From assembly GCF_001598795.1 (NCBI RefSeq), contig NZ_BCZP01000009.1, positions 30,001 through 62,000 of the forward strand: a stretch of 32,000 nt of DNA, written 5' to 3'. Under the pieces are notes generated by a model. The model worked only from the letters and a program-made list of their open reading frames with translations, made no database searches and had not been told where the DNA came from. Source of the DNA: Delftia acidovorans NBRC 14950 (lineage in GTDB: Bacteria; Pseudomonadota; Gammaproteobacteria; Burkholderiales; Burkholderiaceae_C). This document shows, piece by piece, positions 17,027-26,049 of the stretch (its first letter is position 1; every line of letters begins with the position of its first letter). Position numbers and translations under genes: made by a program.

Positions 17027-19228
17027 GTGATGAGAGTGACAACAAAGCAATACCACCAGGACGCCAAGGCGCAGGGGGAGAGGACGAAACTGCGCCCGCT
17101 GCTGCAGCAACTGCTGCTGGCAGGCGTGCTGGGCCCGGCGACGGGCGGCCTGGCCATGGCGGCAGAGCCTGCCGACCCCGTACCCGCAGCAGGACCCGCA
17201 GCCGCAGCTACCGCCGAGACGGGCGTGCCGCGCAGTGATGCCCCCGTGCTCAATGAGGTGACGGTCAAGGCCAGCGGCCTGGGCCTGACCTCGGCCGACA
17301 TGTCCACGCCGGCCACGGTGCTGGAAGGCGACGTGCTCACGCTGCGCCAGGCCGCCACGCTGGGCGAGACGCTGGACGGCGAGCCCGGCATCCATGCCAG
17401 CCATTTCGGCGCAGGCGCAAGCCGGCCCATCATCCGCGGCATGGACGGCCCGCGCGTGCAAATCCTCAGCGATGGTTCCGAGCTGCACGATGCCTCCACC
17501 ATCAGCCCTGACCATGCCGTGGCCAGCGAGCCCATGCTGGCCACGCAGATCGAAGTGCTGCGCGGCCCCTCGGCGCTGATCTACGGCGGCGGTGGCGCCA
17601 TGGGCGGCGTGGTCAACATCCTGGACGACAAGATTCCCACGTCCATTCCCAAGAACGGCATCACGGGCTCGGCCCAGCTGCGCGGCAGCACCGGCGCGGG
17701 CGAGACGGCGGGCGCTTTCTCGCTGACGGGCGGCGCCGGCCAGCTGGCCATCCACGCCGAGGGCATGGCGCGCGATGCCGGCGACTACCGCGTGGGCAGC
17801 GGCTGGGCGCCCAACGGCCGGTCCCAGGGGCGCGTGGGCGGCAGCTTCAACCGCACGGACACGGGCAGCCTGGGCCTGTCCTGGATCGGCACGCAAGGCT
17901 ACCTGGGCCTGGCCTACACGCGCCAGACCGCGCGCTATGGCCTGCCAGGCCACAACCACAGCTTCGAGGGCTGCCACACCCATGGCGACCATCTGCACTG
18001 CGGCGGCCATGACCACGGCGACGAGGACGGACATGACCATGGCGGCGACGAACACGATCACGACCATGGCAGCGTGCCGGTGGTCGATCTCAACAGCGAG
18101 CGCTGGGATCTGCGCGGCGAATGGCGCAATCCGACGGCTGGCATCGCGGCGCTGCGCGTGCGCGGTGGCTGGACCGACTATCGCCATGACGAGATCGAAG
18201 GCGGCCAGGTCTCGACCACGTTCAAGAACCGCGCCCATGACCTGCGCGTGGAGGCAGAGCTGGAGCCCATCGCCGGCTGGCGCGGCGTCATCGGCCTGCA
18301 GACCGTGCAGCGCAAATTCAGTGCCGAGGGTGAGGAGGCCTATGTGCAGCCCACCGAAACCCGCCGCAACAGCATCTACCTGCTGGAGGAATACCGCTGG
18401 CAGGACTGGCGCTGGCAGGCTGCGCTGCGCCACGAGCGCCAGACCGTGGACGCCCAGCAAAGCGGCATCTCGCGCAGCCACAGCGGCACATCGTTCTCGC
18501 TGGGCTCGGTGTGGAAGTTCACCCCGGGCTACAGCCTCTCGGCTTCGCTGACGCAGGGCAACCGCCTGCCCACGGCCGAGGAGCTGTACGCCAACGGCCT
18601 GCACATGGCGACTTCCACCTATGAGCGCGGCAATGCCGACCTCAAGCGTGAACGCTCGCAGGCGCTGGACATCGGCCTGCGCAAGACGGCGGGCGACACC
18701 ACGTTCAGCGTCAATGCCTTCCACCATCGCGTCAAGGGCTACATCTACGGCGCCACGCTGGATGAGCACGATGGCCTGCAACTGCTGCAGTACACCCAGG
18801 CCGATGCGCGCTTCACCGGCGTGGAGGGCCAGGTGCGCCAGAAGCTGTCGCGCCAGTGGGGCGTGACCCTGTTCGGTGACGCCGTGCGTGCGCGGCTGGA
18901 AGACGGCTCCGCCTTGCCGCGCATCCCCGCTGCGCGCGTGGGCCTGCGCGTGGACACCTTCTACAAGGGCTGGGATGCCCAGGCCGAATGGGTGCAGGTG
19001 CTGCGCCAGAACCGCGTCACCGCCTATGAGACCGAGACGGACGGCTACGGCATGCTCAACGTCTCTGCCAGCTACACGCTGCGCACCTCGGGTGGCATGC
19101 CCTGGCATTTCTTCATCAAGGGCAACAACCTGACCAACCGCCTGGCCTTCGCCCACACCTCGTTCATCAAGAACGCTGCGCCGCTGATGGGGCGCAATAT
19201 CACGGTGGGCGTCAAGGTGTCGTTCTAA
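17027..19228 (+). CDS. TonB-dependent outer membrane receptor with His/Asp/Cys-rich surface loop (ZnuD-like metal receptor)
   Basis: Signal peptide, plug domain (TLDGEPGIHASHFGAGASRPIIRGMDGPRVQILSDGS), 22-strand-type barrel and a terminal aromatic residue (VGVKVSF). Nt 17951-18070 encode a 40-aa insertion with 13 His, 8 Asp and 2 Cys. The start is GTG 17027 or ATG 17030. Confidence 0.9.
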   Translation: MMRVTTKQYHQDAKAQGERTKLRPLLQQLLLAGVLGPATGGLAMAAEPADPVPAAGPAAAATAETGVPRSDAPVLNEVTVKASGLGLTSADMSTPATVLEGDVLTLRQAATLGETLDGEPGIHASHFGAGASRPIIRGMDGPRVQILSDGSELHDASTISPDHAVASEPMLATQIEVLRGPSALIYGGGGAMGGVVNILDDKIPTSIPKNGITGSAQLRGSTGAGETAGAFSLTGGAGQLAIHAEGMARDAGDYRVGSGWAPNGRSQGRVGGSFNRTDTGSLGLSWIGTQGYLGLAYTRQTARYGLPGHNHSFEGCHTHGDHLHCGGHDHGDEDGHDHGGDEHDHDHGSVPVVDLNSERWDLRGEWRNPTAGIAALRVRGGWTDYRHDEIEGGQVSTTFKNRAHDLRVEAELEPIAGWRGVIGLQTVQRKFSAEGEEAYVQPTETRRNSIYLLEEYRWQDWRWQAALRHERQTVDAQQSGISRSHSGTSFSLGSVWKFTPGYSLSASLTQGNRLPTAEELYANGLHMATSTYERGNADLKRERSQALDIGLRKTAGDTTFSVNAFHHRVKGYIYGATLDEHDGLQLLQYTQADARFTGVEGQVRQKLSRQWGVTLFGDAVRARLEDGSALPRIPAARVGLRVDTFYKGWDAQAEWVQVLRQNRVTAYETETDGYGMLNVSASYTLRTSGGMPWHFFIKGNNLTNRLAFAHTSFIKNAAPLMGRNITVGVKVSF

Positions 19229-19262
19229 GGCGGGTTGTCCGCTGCGCTCCCCGCGCCGTCTG

Positions 19263-20339
19263 CTACAGGTAATGCTGCAGATGGCGCAGGGCGCGCGCGC
19301 TGTCAACGCCTATCCACTGCACGACTTCGGTCTCGGCACGGCCCGCGCGCAGCCACTGCACGATGGCCGTGTTGCGCAGCACCTGCGGGCCGACGCGGTG
19401 CAGCGGCGCCTGCTGCGCCGAGGCAGGCTGCGCGGCATGGGCGCGCTGTATCAGTTGCGACGCCACATGGAACAGCACGCGCACTGACAGCGGCTGCCCC
19501 TCACGCGAATAAAAGACCGTGGCATCGGGTTGAACGGCCTCCGGTCCGCGCTGGCCGGCGCTGAAGCCTTTCCAGTCCTGCAGCGCCTTCACCACCGTTT
19601 CCGACAGATCCAGCGTGCGCTGCTGCGCGGCGCGTGCGCCATCGATATGCAATTGACAGGGGAGGCCATCGCCTGGTCCGGCGAATTGCACATCGCGCCA
19701 GCACAGGCCGCGCACCTCCTCGGGCGCCAGCGCCAGTTCGTACAGCAGCAGCAAAATGGCGCGGTCGCGCGCCGACTGAAAGCCGTCGGCCATCGGTATG
19801 TGGCGGGGCAGGGCATTCCACAGCGGCGCGGGAAGGCAATGGCCCTGGCCGTCTTCGGCAGGTGGACGTTCCTGCGGCGCCAGCCCTGCGGCGGGATTGG
19901 CGCTGACCCAGCCGTGGTCCAGCGCATGGTCGTAAATGCGTTCCAGCAATCGCCAGTAGCGCCTGCGCGTGACCTCGCTGATGCGGCGGCCGGGCTGGTG
20001 GCCCGACAACTGGCCTTCGCGCGGGCGCAGGAAATTCTGGACATCAACGGCGGTGGCCTGTTGCCAGGCGCGGGCCTTCGCCTTGACTTTCCCTTTCGGC
20101 GTGGCAGGGGAGGGAGGACCTTCTTTGGCTGACATGCCGGCATCGCCCAGGCTGCGCAGCCAGGCACGCCATACCTTTTCGTAGCCGCTGTCGGGTGCCG
20201 TGTCCAGGGCATCCCAGCCCTTGGCGCCCTCGGTTTCCAGCCAATGCCGGAACAGGGCCAGTCCGTCGGGGACGGTGGACGGCGGCTTGCCGGCAGCGGG
20301 TGCCTGAGATGGTGATGAAGTCATGGGCGTTGAGAACAA
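19263..20339 (-). CDS. Tyrosine recombinase/integrase-family protein (stand-alone)
   Basis: Catalytic-domain landmarks: ARDRAILLLLYELALAPEEVRGLCWRDV (Arg I region), HRVGPQVLRNT (H-x-x-R) and C-terminal ALRHLQHYL (His/Tyr). G+C looks host-like by eye. Confidence 0.75.
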   Translation of the reverse strand: MFSTPMTSSPSQAPAAGKPPSTVPDGLALFRHWLETEGAKGWDALDTAPDSGYEKVWRAWLRSLGDAGMSAKEGPPSPATPKGKVKAKARAWQQATAVDVQNFLRPREGQLSGHQPGRRISEVTRRRYWRLLERIYDHALDHGWVSANPAAGLAPQERPPAEDGQGHCLPAPLWNALPRHIPMADGFQSARDRAILLLLYELALAPEEVRGLCWRDVQFAGPGDGLPCQLHIDGARAAQQRTLDLSETVVKALQDWKGFSAGQRGPEAVQPDATVFYSREGQPLSVRVLFHVASQLIQRAHAAQPASAQQAPLHRVGPQVLRNTAIVQWLRAGRAETEVVQWIGVDSARALRHLQHYL

Positions 20340-20365
20340 AACGAGTCAACCAATGGAGCTGTTCA

Positions 20366-20378
20366 ATGTAACTTACAT
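20366..20378. promoter_or_regulatory. Perfect 6-1-6 palindrome ATGTAA-C-TTACAT upstream of the recombinase gene
   Basis: It lies 27-39 nt upstream of the recombinase ATG (20339) in a low-G+C stretch. On the minus strand a TTGACT hexamer lies immediately upstream of it. Confidence 0.3.
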
Positions 20379-20570
20379 GAAGTCAAGCGGCAACCTTGTT
20401 ATCGACTGATGGACACCAGTGGCAACAAGTCGCCAGAAAAAGGGCCGTTCGGCTTGGATTCGAGTCCTTGGCACGTCTCTAGAGTGTGTTGTGCACTTTT
20501 AAGCACCCGCCGGCTCTGCGCGCTGGTGATCGCAAGCGCTGGTCCAGGGGAAGCAAGGGGAGGGCAGAAG

Positions 20571-20599
20571 GCGGCCCCTGTCCTCAGGACAGGGGCCGC
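20571..20599. terminator. 13-bp perfect stem hairpin (GCGGCCCCTGTCC-TCA-GGACAGGGGCCGC) just downstream of the pirin gene
   Basis: Read directly; it begins 6 nt after the pirin stop. No clear U-tract follows on either strand, so a terminator function is only presumed. Confidence 0.45.
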
Positions 20600-20604
20600 A
20601 GCGG

Positions 20605-21474
20605 TCAAGCCGCCATGCGCCCGAATCGGCCAGCGTTGAAGTCGGCAATGGCCTCGCGGATCTCGACCTCGCTGTTCATCACGAACGGGCCGTGGCCCAC
20701 CACGGGCTCTTCGATGGGCTCGCCCTCCAGCCACAGCACGGTGGCGTCGTTGTTGGCCTCCAGGCGCACCAGATCAGCCTCGCGATCGAAGTGCACCAAC
20801 TGGCCTTCGCGAACAACCTCGCCGTCGTTGACCAGCACCGTGCCATGCAGCACGACCAGGGCCAGCGTATGTCCGGGCTTGGCGCGCAGCTCGGTGGTGC
20901 TGCCGGCTTTCAGGCGCAGGTCCCAGACATTGATGGGCGTGAAGGTGCGCGCCGGCCCCTGGCTGTTCCCAAAGGCTCCGGCAATCACCCGCACCCGGCC
21001 TGAGCCGCCTGGCAGTTCCACGGACGGGATCTGTCCATCCACCAGGGTCTGGTAGCCAGGCGCAACCGACTTGTCCCTGGCGGGCAGGTTTACCCACAGC
21101 TGCACCATCTCCAGTCGCCCGCCGCGTTCGGTGAACGCATGGGAATGGAATTCCTCATGCAGGATGCCCGAGCCGGCCGTCATCCACTGCACGTCGCCAG
21201 GGCCGATCAGGCCGCCAGCACCGGTCGAGTCCCGGTGCTCGACTTCGCCCTCATAGACGATGGTCACGGTCTCGAAGCCGCGGTGCGGATGCACGCCCAC
21301 GCCGCGAGGCTGGACAGCCGGCTCGAAACTGGCGGGGCCTGCGTGGTCCAGCAGCAGAAAGGGGCTCAGAGCCGCACCATGGTTGCCATAGCTGAACAGC
21401 GAGCGCACGGGAAAGCCGTCGCCCACCCAATGGGCACGGGGAGCGCTGTAGACGCCGAGCATCTTCTTGAGCAT
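20605..21474 (-). CDS. Pirin-family protein
   Basis: Cupin metal site HPHRGFETVTIVYEGEVEHRDS and bicupin length. The start is at ATG 21474 (MLKKMLGVY), preceded by AAGGAG; the longer track ORF start at 21576 lacks an RBS. Confidence 0.9.
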   Translation of the reverse strand: MLKKMLGVYSAPRAHWVGDGFPVRSLFSYGNHGAALSPFLLLDHAGPASFEPAVQPRGVGVHPHRGFETVTIVYEGEVEHRDSTGAGGLIGPGDVQWMTAGSGILHEEFHSHAFTERGGRLEMVQLWVNLPARDKSVAPGYQTLVDGQIPSVELPGGSGRVRVIAGAFGNSQGPARTFTPINVWDLRLKAGSTTELRAKPGHTLALVVLHGTVLVNDGEVVREGQLVHFDREADLVRLEANNDATVLWLEGEPIEEPVVGHGPFVMNSEVEIREAIADFNAGRFGRMAA

Positions 21475-21607
21475 TTGCTTCTCCTTGGGAATCGTGGCTG
21501 CCGCAGCGTTAGCGCCAGCCACTTTTTGCACATGGGAGAATCTTAGAATTTGAACGATGAATGCGGTAGATGGCAAAATTTGCCTTCATCGTCCTGAATA
21601 AAGAACA

Positions 21608-22054
21608 ATGACCATGCTGCGTGTGTTGGCCGAAAGGGTGCAGTGCCTGGTTGCCAGCCCCGCGTTGCTGCAGGCACATGGCCGCCCCACGGGCCCCGCC
21701 GACCTGGAGCGCCTGCCCAGCATGGACCTGGGCCAGCCGCAGGACGAGCACCGATGGGTACTCAACGGCCCGGACGGTGCACTTGCCGAGATCCGTCATC
21801 ATCCGCGCCTGGTCACGCGCGCCATGCTGACCCTGCGCGATGCGGCGTTGGCCGGCGTGGGCGTGGTGCAGTTGCCGCGCATGTTCGTGGATGGCGAGTT
21901 CTCGCGCGGCGAGCTCCTCAACGTCCTGCCAGGCTGGGAGCCGCGCCGCGAGCTGATCCATGTGGTGTACGCATCCCGGAGCGGGCAATTGCCCGCCGTG
22001 CGGCTGCTCATCGACCATCTGGCCCAGGCCTTCGAGGCCCTGGAAGAAGCCTGA
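21608..22054 (+). pseudogene. 5'-truncated LysR-family regulator: effector-binding domain only, no HTH
   Basis: The 148-aa ORF matches only the C-terminal half of LysR regulators (LVASPALLQAHGRPTGPADLERLP ... AALAGVGVVQLPRMFV ... VYASRSGQLPAVRLLIDHL). Only about 130 bp separate it from the divergent pirin start, so roughly 150 N-terminal codons are missing. Confidence 0.6.
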
Positions 22055-22134
22055 ATGAGGCAGTGCCGGGCCTGCAGCGCATAATCTGCGCGCGCCGCCA
22101 GCCTGCGCAGGCGCAGCTTCCCGATCCCGCTTCA

Positions 22135-23088
22135 GTGAACTCTCCCGTCTTTGCCTCCCTTATCCCCGTCATTCTTTGCATTGGCGCAGGCTTTCTCGCC
22201 GCCCGCCTGGGCTGGGTGCGGGCCGCTGCCATCAAGGATTTGTCCAACCTCGTTTTCCTGGTGCTCACGCCGGCGCTGCTGTTCCGCACCATGGGCGCGG
22301 TGCGGGTGCAGGAGCTGGACTTTCAGCCCGTGGCGCTGTATTTCCTGGCGACTGCGCTGATCTTCGGGGTGTCCATGGTCCTGGGCGGTTTTTCCACGCG
22401 TTCGGCCGCGCGGGGGCTGGCCAATATGTTCAGCAACACCGTCATGATCGGCGTGCCGTTGGTGGGGCTGGTCTACGGGGAGGGCGGTCTGGTGACGCTG
22501 TTCACCCTCGTTTCGCTGCACGCACTGATTCTGCTCACGGCGGCCACCATCGTGTTCGAGCTGGCCGAGGCCCGCGAGCACCAGCGGTCGGGCCAGAGCG
22601 CGCCGCGCCCCATGTGGCGCACGGTGCTGCAGGCGGTGCGCAACGGCATCGTCCATCCTGTGCCGCTGCCCATACTCGCCGGCCTGCTGTTCGCACAGAC
22701 CGGGCTGGTTCTTCCTGGCGTGGTGGATCGCTCCCTGCAGGTCTTGGGCCAGGCACTCGGCCCCATGGCGCTGCTGCTGGTGGGTGTGACCCTGGCCTAT
22801 ACCAAGGTGGGCCAGAACCTGCGCGAGGCAGTGGGCATAGCGCTGGTCAAGAGCCTGGTGCATCCGCTGCTGCTGCTTGCGCTGGCCTGGGCCTTAGGTC
22901 TGGGCGGCCTGCCGGTGGCCGTGATGTTCACGGCGGCTGCACTGCCCGTGGGGGCCAACGTGTTCCTGTTCACACAGCGCTATGGCGTGATGCAGGAGGA
23001 GGTGTCCGCCAGCATTGCGGTGTCCACGGCGCTGGCCCTGCTTACCGTGCCGCTGATGCTGTGGCTGGCCCAGCGTCTGCTGGGCTGA
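22135..23088 (+). CDS. AEC (auxin efflux carrier) family membrane transporter
   Basis: About 317 aa and about 10 hydrophobic segments from the in-frame GTG at 22135 (VNSPVFASLIPVILCIGAGFLAARLGW...). The upstream part of the 481-aa track ORF is Arg/Pro/Ala-rich and overlaps the LysR fragment in another frame. Confidence 0.75.
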   Translation: MNSPVFASLIPVILCIGAGFLAARLGWVRAAAIKDLSNLVFLVLTPALLFRTMGAVRVQELDFQPVALYFLATALIFGVSMVLGGFSTRSAARGLANMFSNTVMIGVPLVGLVYGEGGLVTLFTLVSLHALILLTAATIVFELAEAREHQRSGQSAPRPMWRTVLQAVRNGIVHPVPLPILAGLLFAQTGLVLPGVVDRSLQVLGQALGPMALLLVGVTLAYTKVGQNLREAVGIALVKSLVHPLLLLALAWALGLGGLPVAVMFTAAALPVGANVFLFTQRYGVMQEEVSASIAVSTALALLTVPLMLWLAQRLLG

Positions 23089-23125
23089 CGGCTTTCAGCA
23101 GGAGCAGCGCCAGCAATCCAGGGGA

Positions 23126-23782
23126 TCAGGGCGCCAGGCGCTGGCGCAGCCAGGTTCCAGCTTCCAGCTGGTAGCACAGGCGGTCATGCAGGCGGCTCTT
23201 GCGGCCTTGCCAGAATTCCCAGCGTTCGGGCACGAGCCTGAATCCACCCCAGTGCGGCGGGCGCGGCGGGTTCAGCAGGAATTGCGCGCCGTACTTTGCC
23301 GCATTGGCCACCAGTACGCTGCGGCCGCTGATGACCTGGCTTTGCGGACTGGCCCAGGCGCCAATGCGCGAGTCCAGCGGGCGGCTGTTGAAGTAGGCGT
23401 CGCTTTCGGCATCGCTGACCTTTTCCACGCGGCCCTCGATGCGCACCACGCGCTCAAGCTCCACCCAGTGGAACTGCAGCGCTGCAAACGGATTGCCCGC
23501 CAGTTGCTGGCCCTTGCGGCTGTCGTAGTTGGTGTACCAGACCAGGCCGCGCTCGTCATAGCCCTTGATGAGCACGATGCGCGTGCTGGGCCGCAGGTCG
23601 CCGCCCACGGTGGCCAGCGTCATGGCATTGGGCTCGGGCACCTGGGCGCTCAGGGCTTCCTGCAGCCATTGGTCAAACTGCTGCAGCGGATCGGCCAGGG
23701 AGGCCGATTCGCTCAGTTCCGCGCGCTCGTAGCTTTTGCGCAGATCGGCGATCGAGGTGGAAATGCTGCTCATGGCCAGCAT
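23126..23782 (-). CDS. pdxH: Pyridoxamine 5'-phosphate oxidase
   Basis: [50 protein letters not shown] and C-terminal RLAP. The start is ATG 23782 or 23773 (about 215-218 aa). Confidence 0.9.
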   Translation of the reverse strand: MLAMSSISTSIADLRKSYERAELSESASLADPLQQFDQWLQEALSAQVPEPNAMTLATVGGDLRPSTRIVLIKGYDERGLVWYTNYDSRKGQQLAGNPFAALQFHWVELERVVRIEGRVEKVSDAESDAYFNSRPLDSRIGAWASPQSQVISGRSVLVANAAKYGAQFLLNPPRPPHWGGFRLVPERWEFWQGRKSRLHDRLCYQLEAGTWLRQRLAP

Positions 23783-23825
23783 TGTGCCTGCGCCCGCCAC
23801 CTGATTTGCCGCGCTAAAGTTGCGC

Positions 23826-24398
23826 ATGCTCACAGACTTCAAAGACCGCCCTTGCGTGCTCATCCTTGCTTCGGGCCGTGGCGAGCGTTTCCGTGCCTCG
23901 GGCGGCACCCTGCACAAGCTGTCCGCACCGCTGGGCGGCAGCACGGTGCTCGATCACACGCTGGCCGCCGTGCGCGCCAGCGGTCTGCCCTGGCACCTGG
24001 AGGATGCAGGCTACCCGGGCATGGGTGACTCGCTGGCCGCCGCCGTGCGCGCCACGGCAGATGCACCGGGCTGGTTGGTGCTGCCTGCCGACCTGCCGCT
24101 GGTGAGCCCGCAGACGCTGCTGAAAGTGGCCGATGCGCTGCGCTGCGGAGCGCAGGCGGCGCAGCCCCTTCATGCTGGCCAATGGGGGCATCCCGTAGGT
24201 TTTGGGGTGGCCTGCGGCGAGGCGCTCATGGCGTTGAGTGGCGAGAAGGGCGGTGCGCCTGTGCTGAAAGCACTGCGCGAGGCCGGAAATGTGGTCCAGG
24301 TGGAGGTGGACGATGCCGGCGTGCTCACCGACATCGACACTCTGGACGATCTGGCGCGGGCAGAGTCGGTGCTGCAGGCGCGCCTGAAGTTGATCTGA
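23826..24398 (+). CDS. MobA/MocA-like nucleotidyltransferase (molybdenum cofactor cytidylyl/guanylyl-transferase family)
   Basis: N-terminal [14 protein letters not shown]-binding loop, then [10 protein letters not shown] and [19 protein letters not shown] at 23826 (the track start at 23820 is TTG). Confidence 0.75.
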   Translation: MLTDFKDRPCVLILASGRGERFRASGGTLHKLSAPLGGSTVLDHTLAAVRASGLPWHLEDAGYPGMGDSLAAAVRATADAPGWLVLPADLPLVSPQTLLKVADALRCGAQAAQPLHAGQWGHPVGFGVACGEALMALSGEKGGAPVLKALREAGNVVQVEVDDAGVLTDIDTLDDLARAESVLQARLKLI

Positions 24399-24409
24399 GC
24401 CCTGCCCAG

Positions 24410-25048
24410 TCAACCGCGCGTGATCACCGCACAGGCCAGGCGCGCGCCCGAATTGCCTGTGGGTTGCGTGGTGTAGTCGTCCGGGTCCTTGTGCACGATC
24501 AGGCCACGACCCACCACGCTATTGGGGCCCTGGTCCAATGCAAGGCCGCGCGACACGAAGTCGATGCTTGCCATGCCTTGGGCATCGGATCGCAGGCTGG
24601 GCAGGTCGCCCGTGTGATGGGTCGAAGAATCGAAGCGTCCATGGGCCTGGCCGGTCGGGTTGAAGTGGCCGCCCGCGCTCAGGCCGTCAGGGCTGGAGCA
24701 ATCGCCTTTTTCATGGACGTGAAAGCCGTGCTCGCTGTTCGGCGCCAGCCCCTGGATGGAGCCTTGCACGCGCACGCTGCCATCGGCCTGTGCCGTGAAC
24801 TGCAGGCTGCCGCTGACCTTGCTGCCTTGCGTGGGCTGCAGCTGGGCCATGGCCACATTGCGGGAGGCGGGCGCTGTCGTGACGGCTGCCGGGGTCGATG
24901 CGGAGGCTGCGGCAGGAGGCTTGGCCTGGCTGCCACAGGCGCCCAGGGCCAGCACCATGCCCGCAGCCATCAACAGCTTCACGGCGGTGGACGGGGTGGA
25001 GGGCTGCGAAGTGGCGGCGTGGCTGGATTGGGAAGCGTTCAAAGGCAT
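24410..25048 (-). CDS. sodC: Cu,Zn superoxide dismutase, lipoprotein-type signal
   Basis: GFHVHEKGDCS, GGHFNP, HHTGDLP and LIVHKDPDDY...GNSGARLACAVI, plus a lipobox-like LALGAC. ATG 25048 is preceded by AGGAG 9 nt upstream. Confidence 0.9.
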   Translation of the reverse strand: MPLNASQSSHAATSQPSTPSTAVKLLMAAGMVLALGACGSQAKPPAAASASTPAAVTTAPASRNVAMAQLQPTQGSKVSGSLQFTAQADGSVRVQGSIQGLAPNSEHGFHVHEKGDCSSPDGLSAGGHFNPTGQAHGRFDSSTHHTGDLPSLRSDAQGMASIDFVSRGLALDQGPNSVVGRGLIVHKDPDDYTTQPTGNSGARLACAVITRG

Positions 25049-25183
25049 GGCGGCAATCTCCTGGTTGGAATGGGAACTGAAAAAGTCACGGGGGCGCACG
25101 GCGCGCAGCCGCCATCATGCAGCGTGCGATACGGCGGCCATGTCGGAGAGCGCAGCGTTCTGCGGCCGTGCGCGGCGATGGCG

Positions 25184-25810
25184 TCAAACGGAGCCTTGCC
25201 GCGCGCCTGCGTCGGGCTGGCCCGCGTAGCTGAGCAGGCGCTGGAGCGCGCGGTCACGGATGCCCAGGCGCTTGAGCTCATCGAAGGTTGCGCGCGCATA
25301 GTCATGCGTGCTGCCGTAGATGCCCTTGGCCTCGCTGAAAATGCGGCGATAGTCCTCGGGCGCCAGTTCGCCCGTGTGATTGGGGCTTTGCCGGGACAGC
25401 GTGAACGCCAGCGCCTGCACCGTGCCCTGGCCGGTGCGGCAGGGCAGCCAGCGGGGGTCATAGACGGCATTGGCCATCTCGCGCTGCCACAGCTTTCTCA
25501 TGACGTCATGGCCGTGGTGCCGGGGAATGCGGAACACCATGCCCTGGCAGCTGCCACCGGACAGCATGCCAAAGACCAAGCCAGGGTTCTGGGGCGTGCC
25601 GCGGTTGATGGTGCTCCACATCTTCAGCGCCCGGTGCCAGCCAAAGACACGCGCCGTGCGGCGTTCGCAGAAATCGAAATCCGGCCGCCAGATCAGCGAG
25701 CCGTAGCCAAAGATCCAGAGGTCATCGCTCCCGCCCCATCGGTGCAGCGCCTCGTCCAGCATGGGCTGTGACTCTCGGCGGGCGAATGAAAATTCTGGCA
25801 GGGCGGACAT
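25184..25810 (-). CDS. chaC: ChaC-family gamma-glutamylcyclotransferase
   Basis: LWIFGYGSLIWRPDF motif and GMVFRIP. Start at ATG 25810 (MSALPEF...); the upstream extension in the track ORF looks non-coding. Confidence 0.8.
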   Translation of the reverse strand: MSALPEFSFARRESQPMLDEALHRWGGSDDLWIFGYGSLIWRPDFDFCERRTARVFGWHRALKMWSTINRGTPQNPGLVFGMLSGGSCQGMVFRIPRHHGHDVMRKLWQREMANAVYDPRWLPCRTGQGTVQALAFTLSRQSPNHTGELAPEDYRRIFSEAKGIYGSTHDYARATFDELKRLGIRDRALQRLLSYAGQPDAGARQGSV

Positions 25811-26049
25811 GGGCGCGACAGCATGAAAGAACAATGACGTTTTAACGCCTGGACGCGCAAACGGTGCACAAGCGCGTGCTTTGCCCTTGCAGGGCCGGTC
25901 TTCTGTCTCCGCCGCACCACAGTTTTTGCCGGCCGTCACTGCGGGGTTTGGGCGTGGCGCGGGGCCCTCGACGGTGGCCCTCTACAATCCACCGGTTTTT
26001 CGCAGTCTTTCTGGTTTTCATCCAACAGCTCATTCACGGAGAGTGCTTC

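Noticed and set aside
16775-19306. An 843-aa ORF on the minus strand, the longest ORF in this region.
   Set aside because: It is antisense to the TonB-dependent receptor gene, extremely Ala/Arg/Gly-rich and without recognisable motifs. The plus-strand frame has clear plug, barrel and C-terminal Phe signatures. It is a typical shadow ORF of high-G+C DNA.
20440-20490. A tRNA-like string GGATTCGAGTCC, which could mark a tRNA or a tRNA-derived att remnant next to the recombinase.
   Set aside because: The flanking bases do not form a T-stem (TTGGA versus TCCTT). No acceptor stem or CCA end follows, and no D or anticodon arms could be folded upstream on either strand.
19263-20604. An integron platform (integrase plus attI/cassettes).
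   Set aside because: The recombinase shows no similarity by eye to IntI proteins. The neighbouring pirin gene is co-oriented with it rather than with a Pc-driven cassette array, and no GTTRRRY-bounded attC-like repeats are visible.
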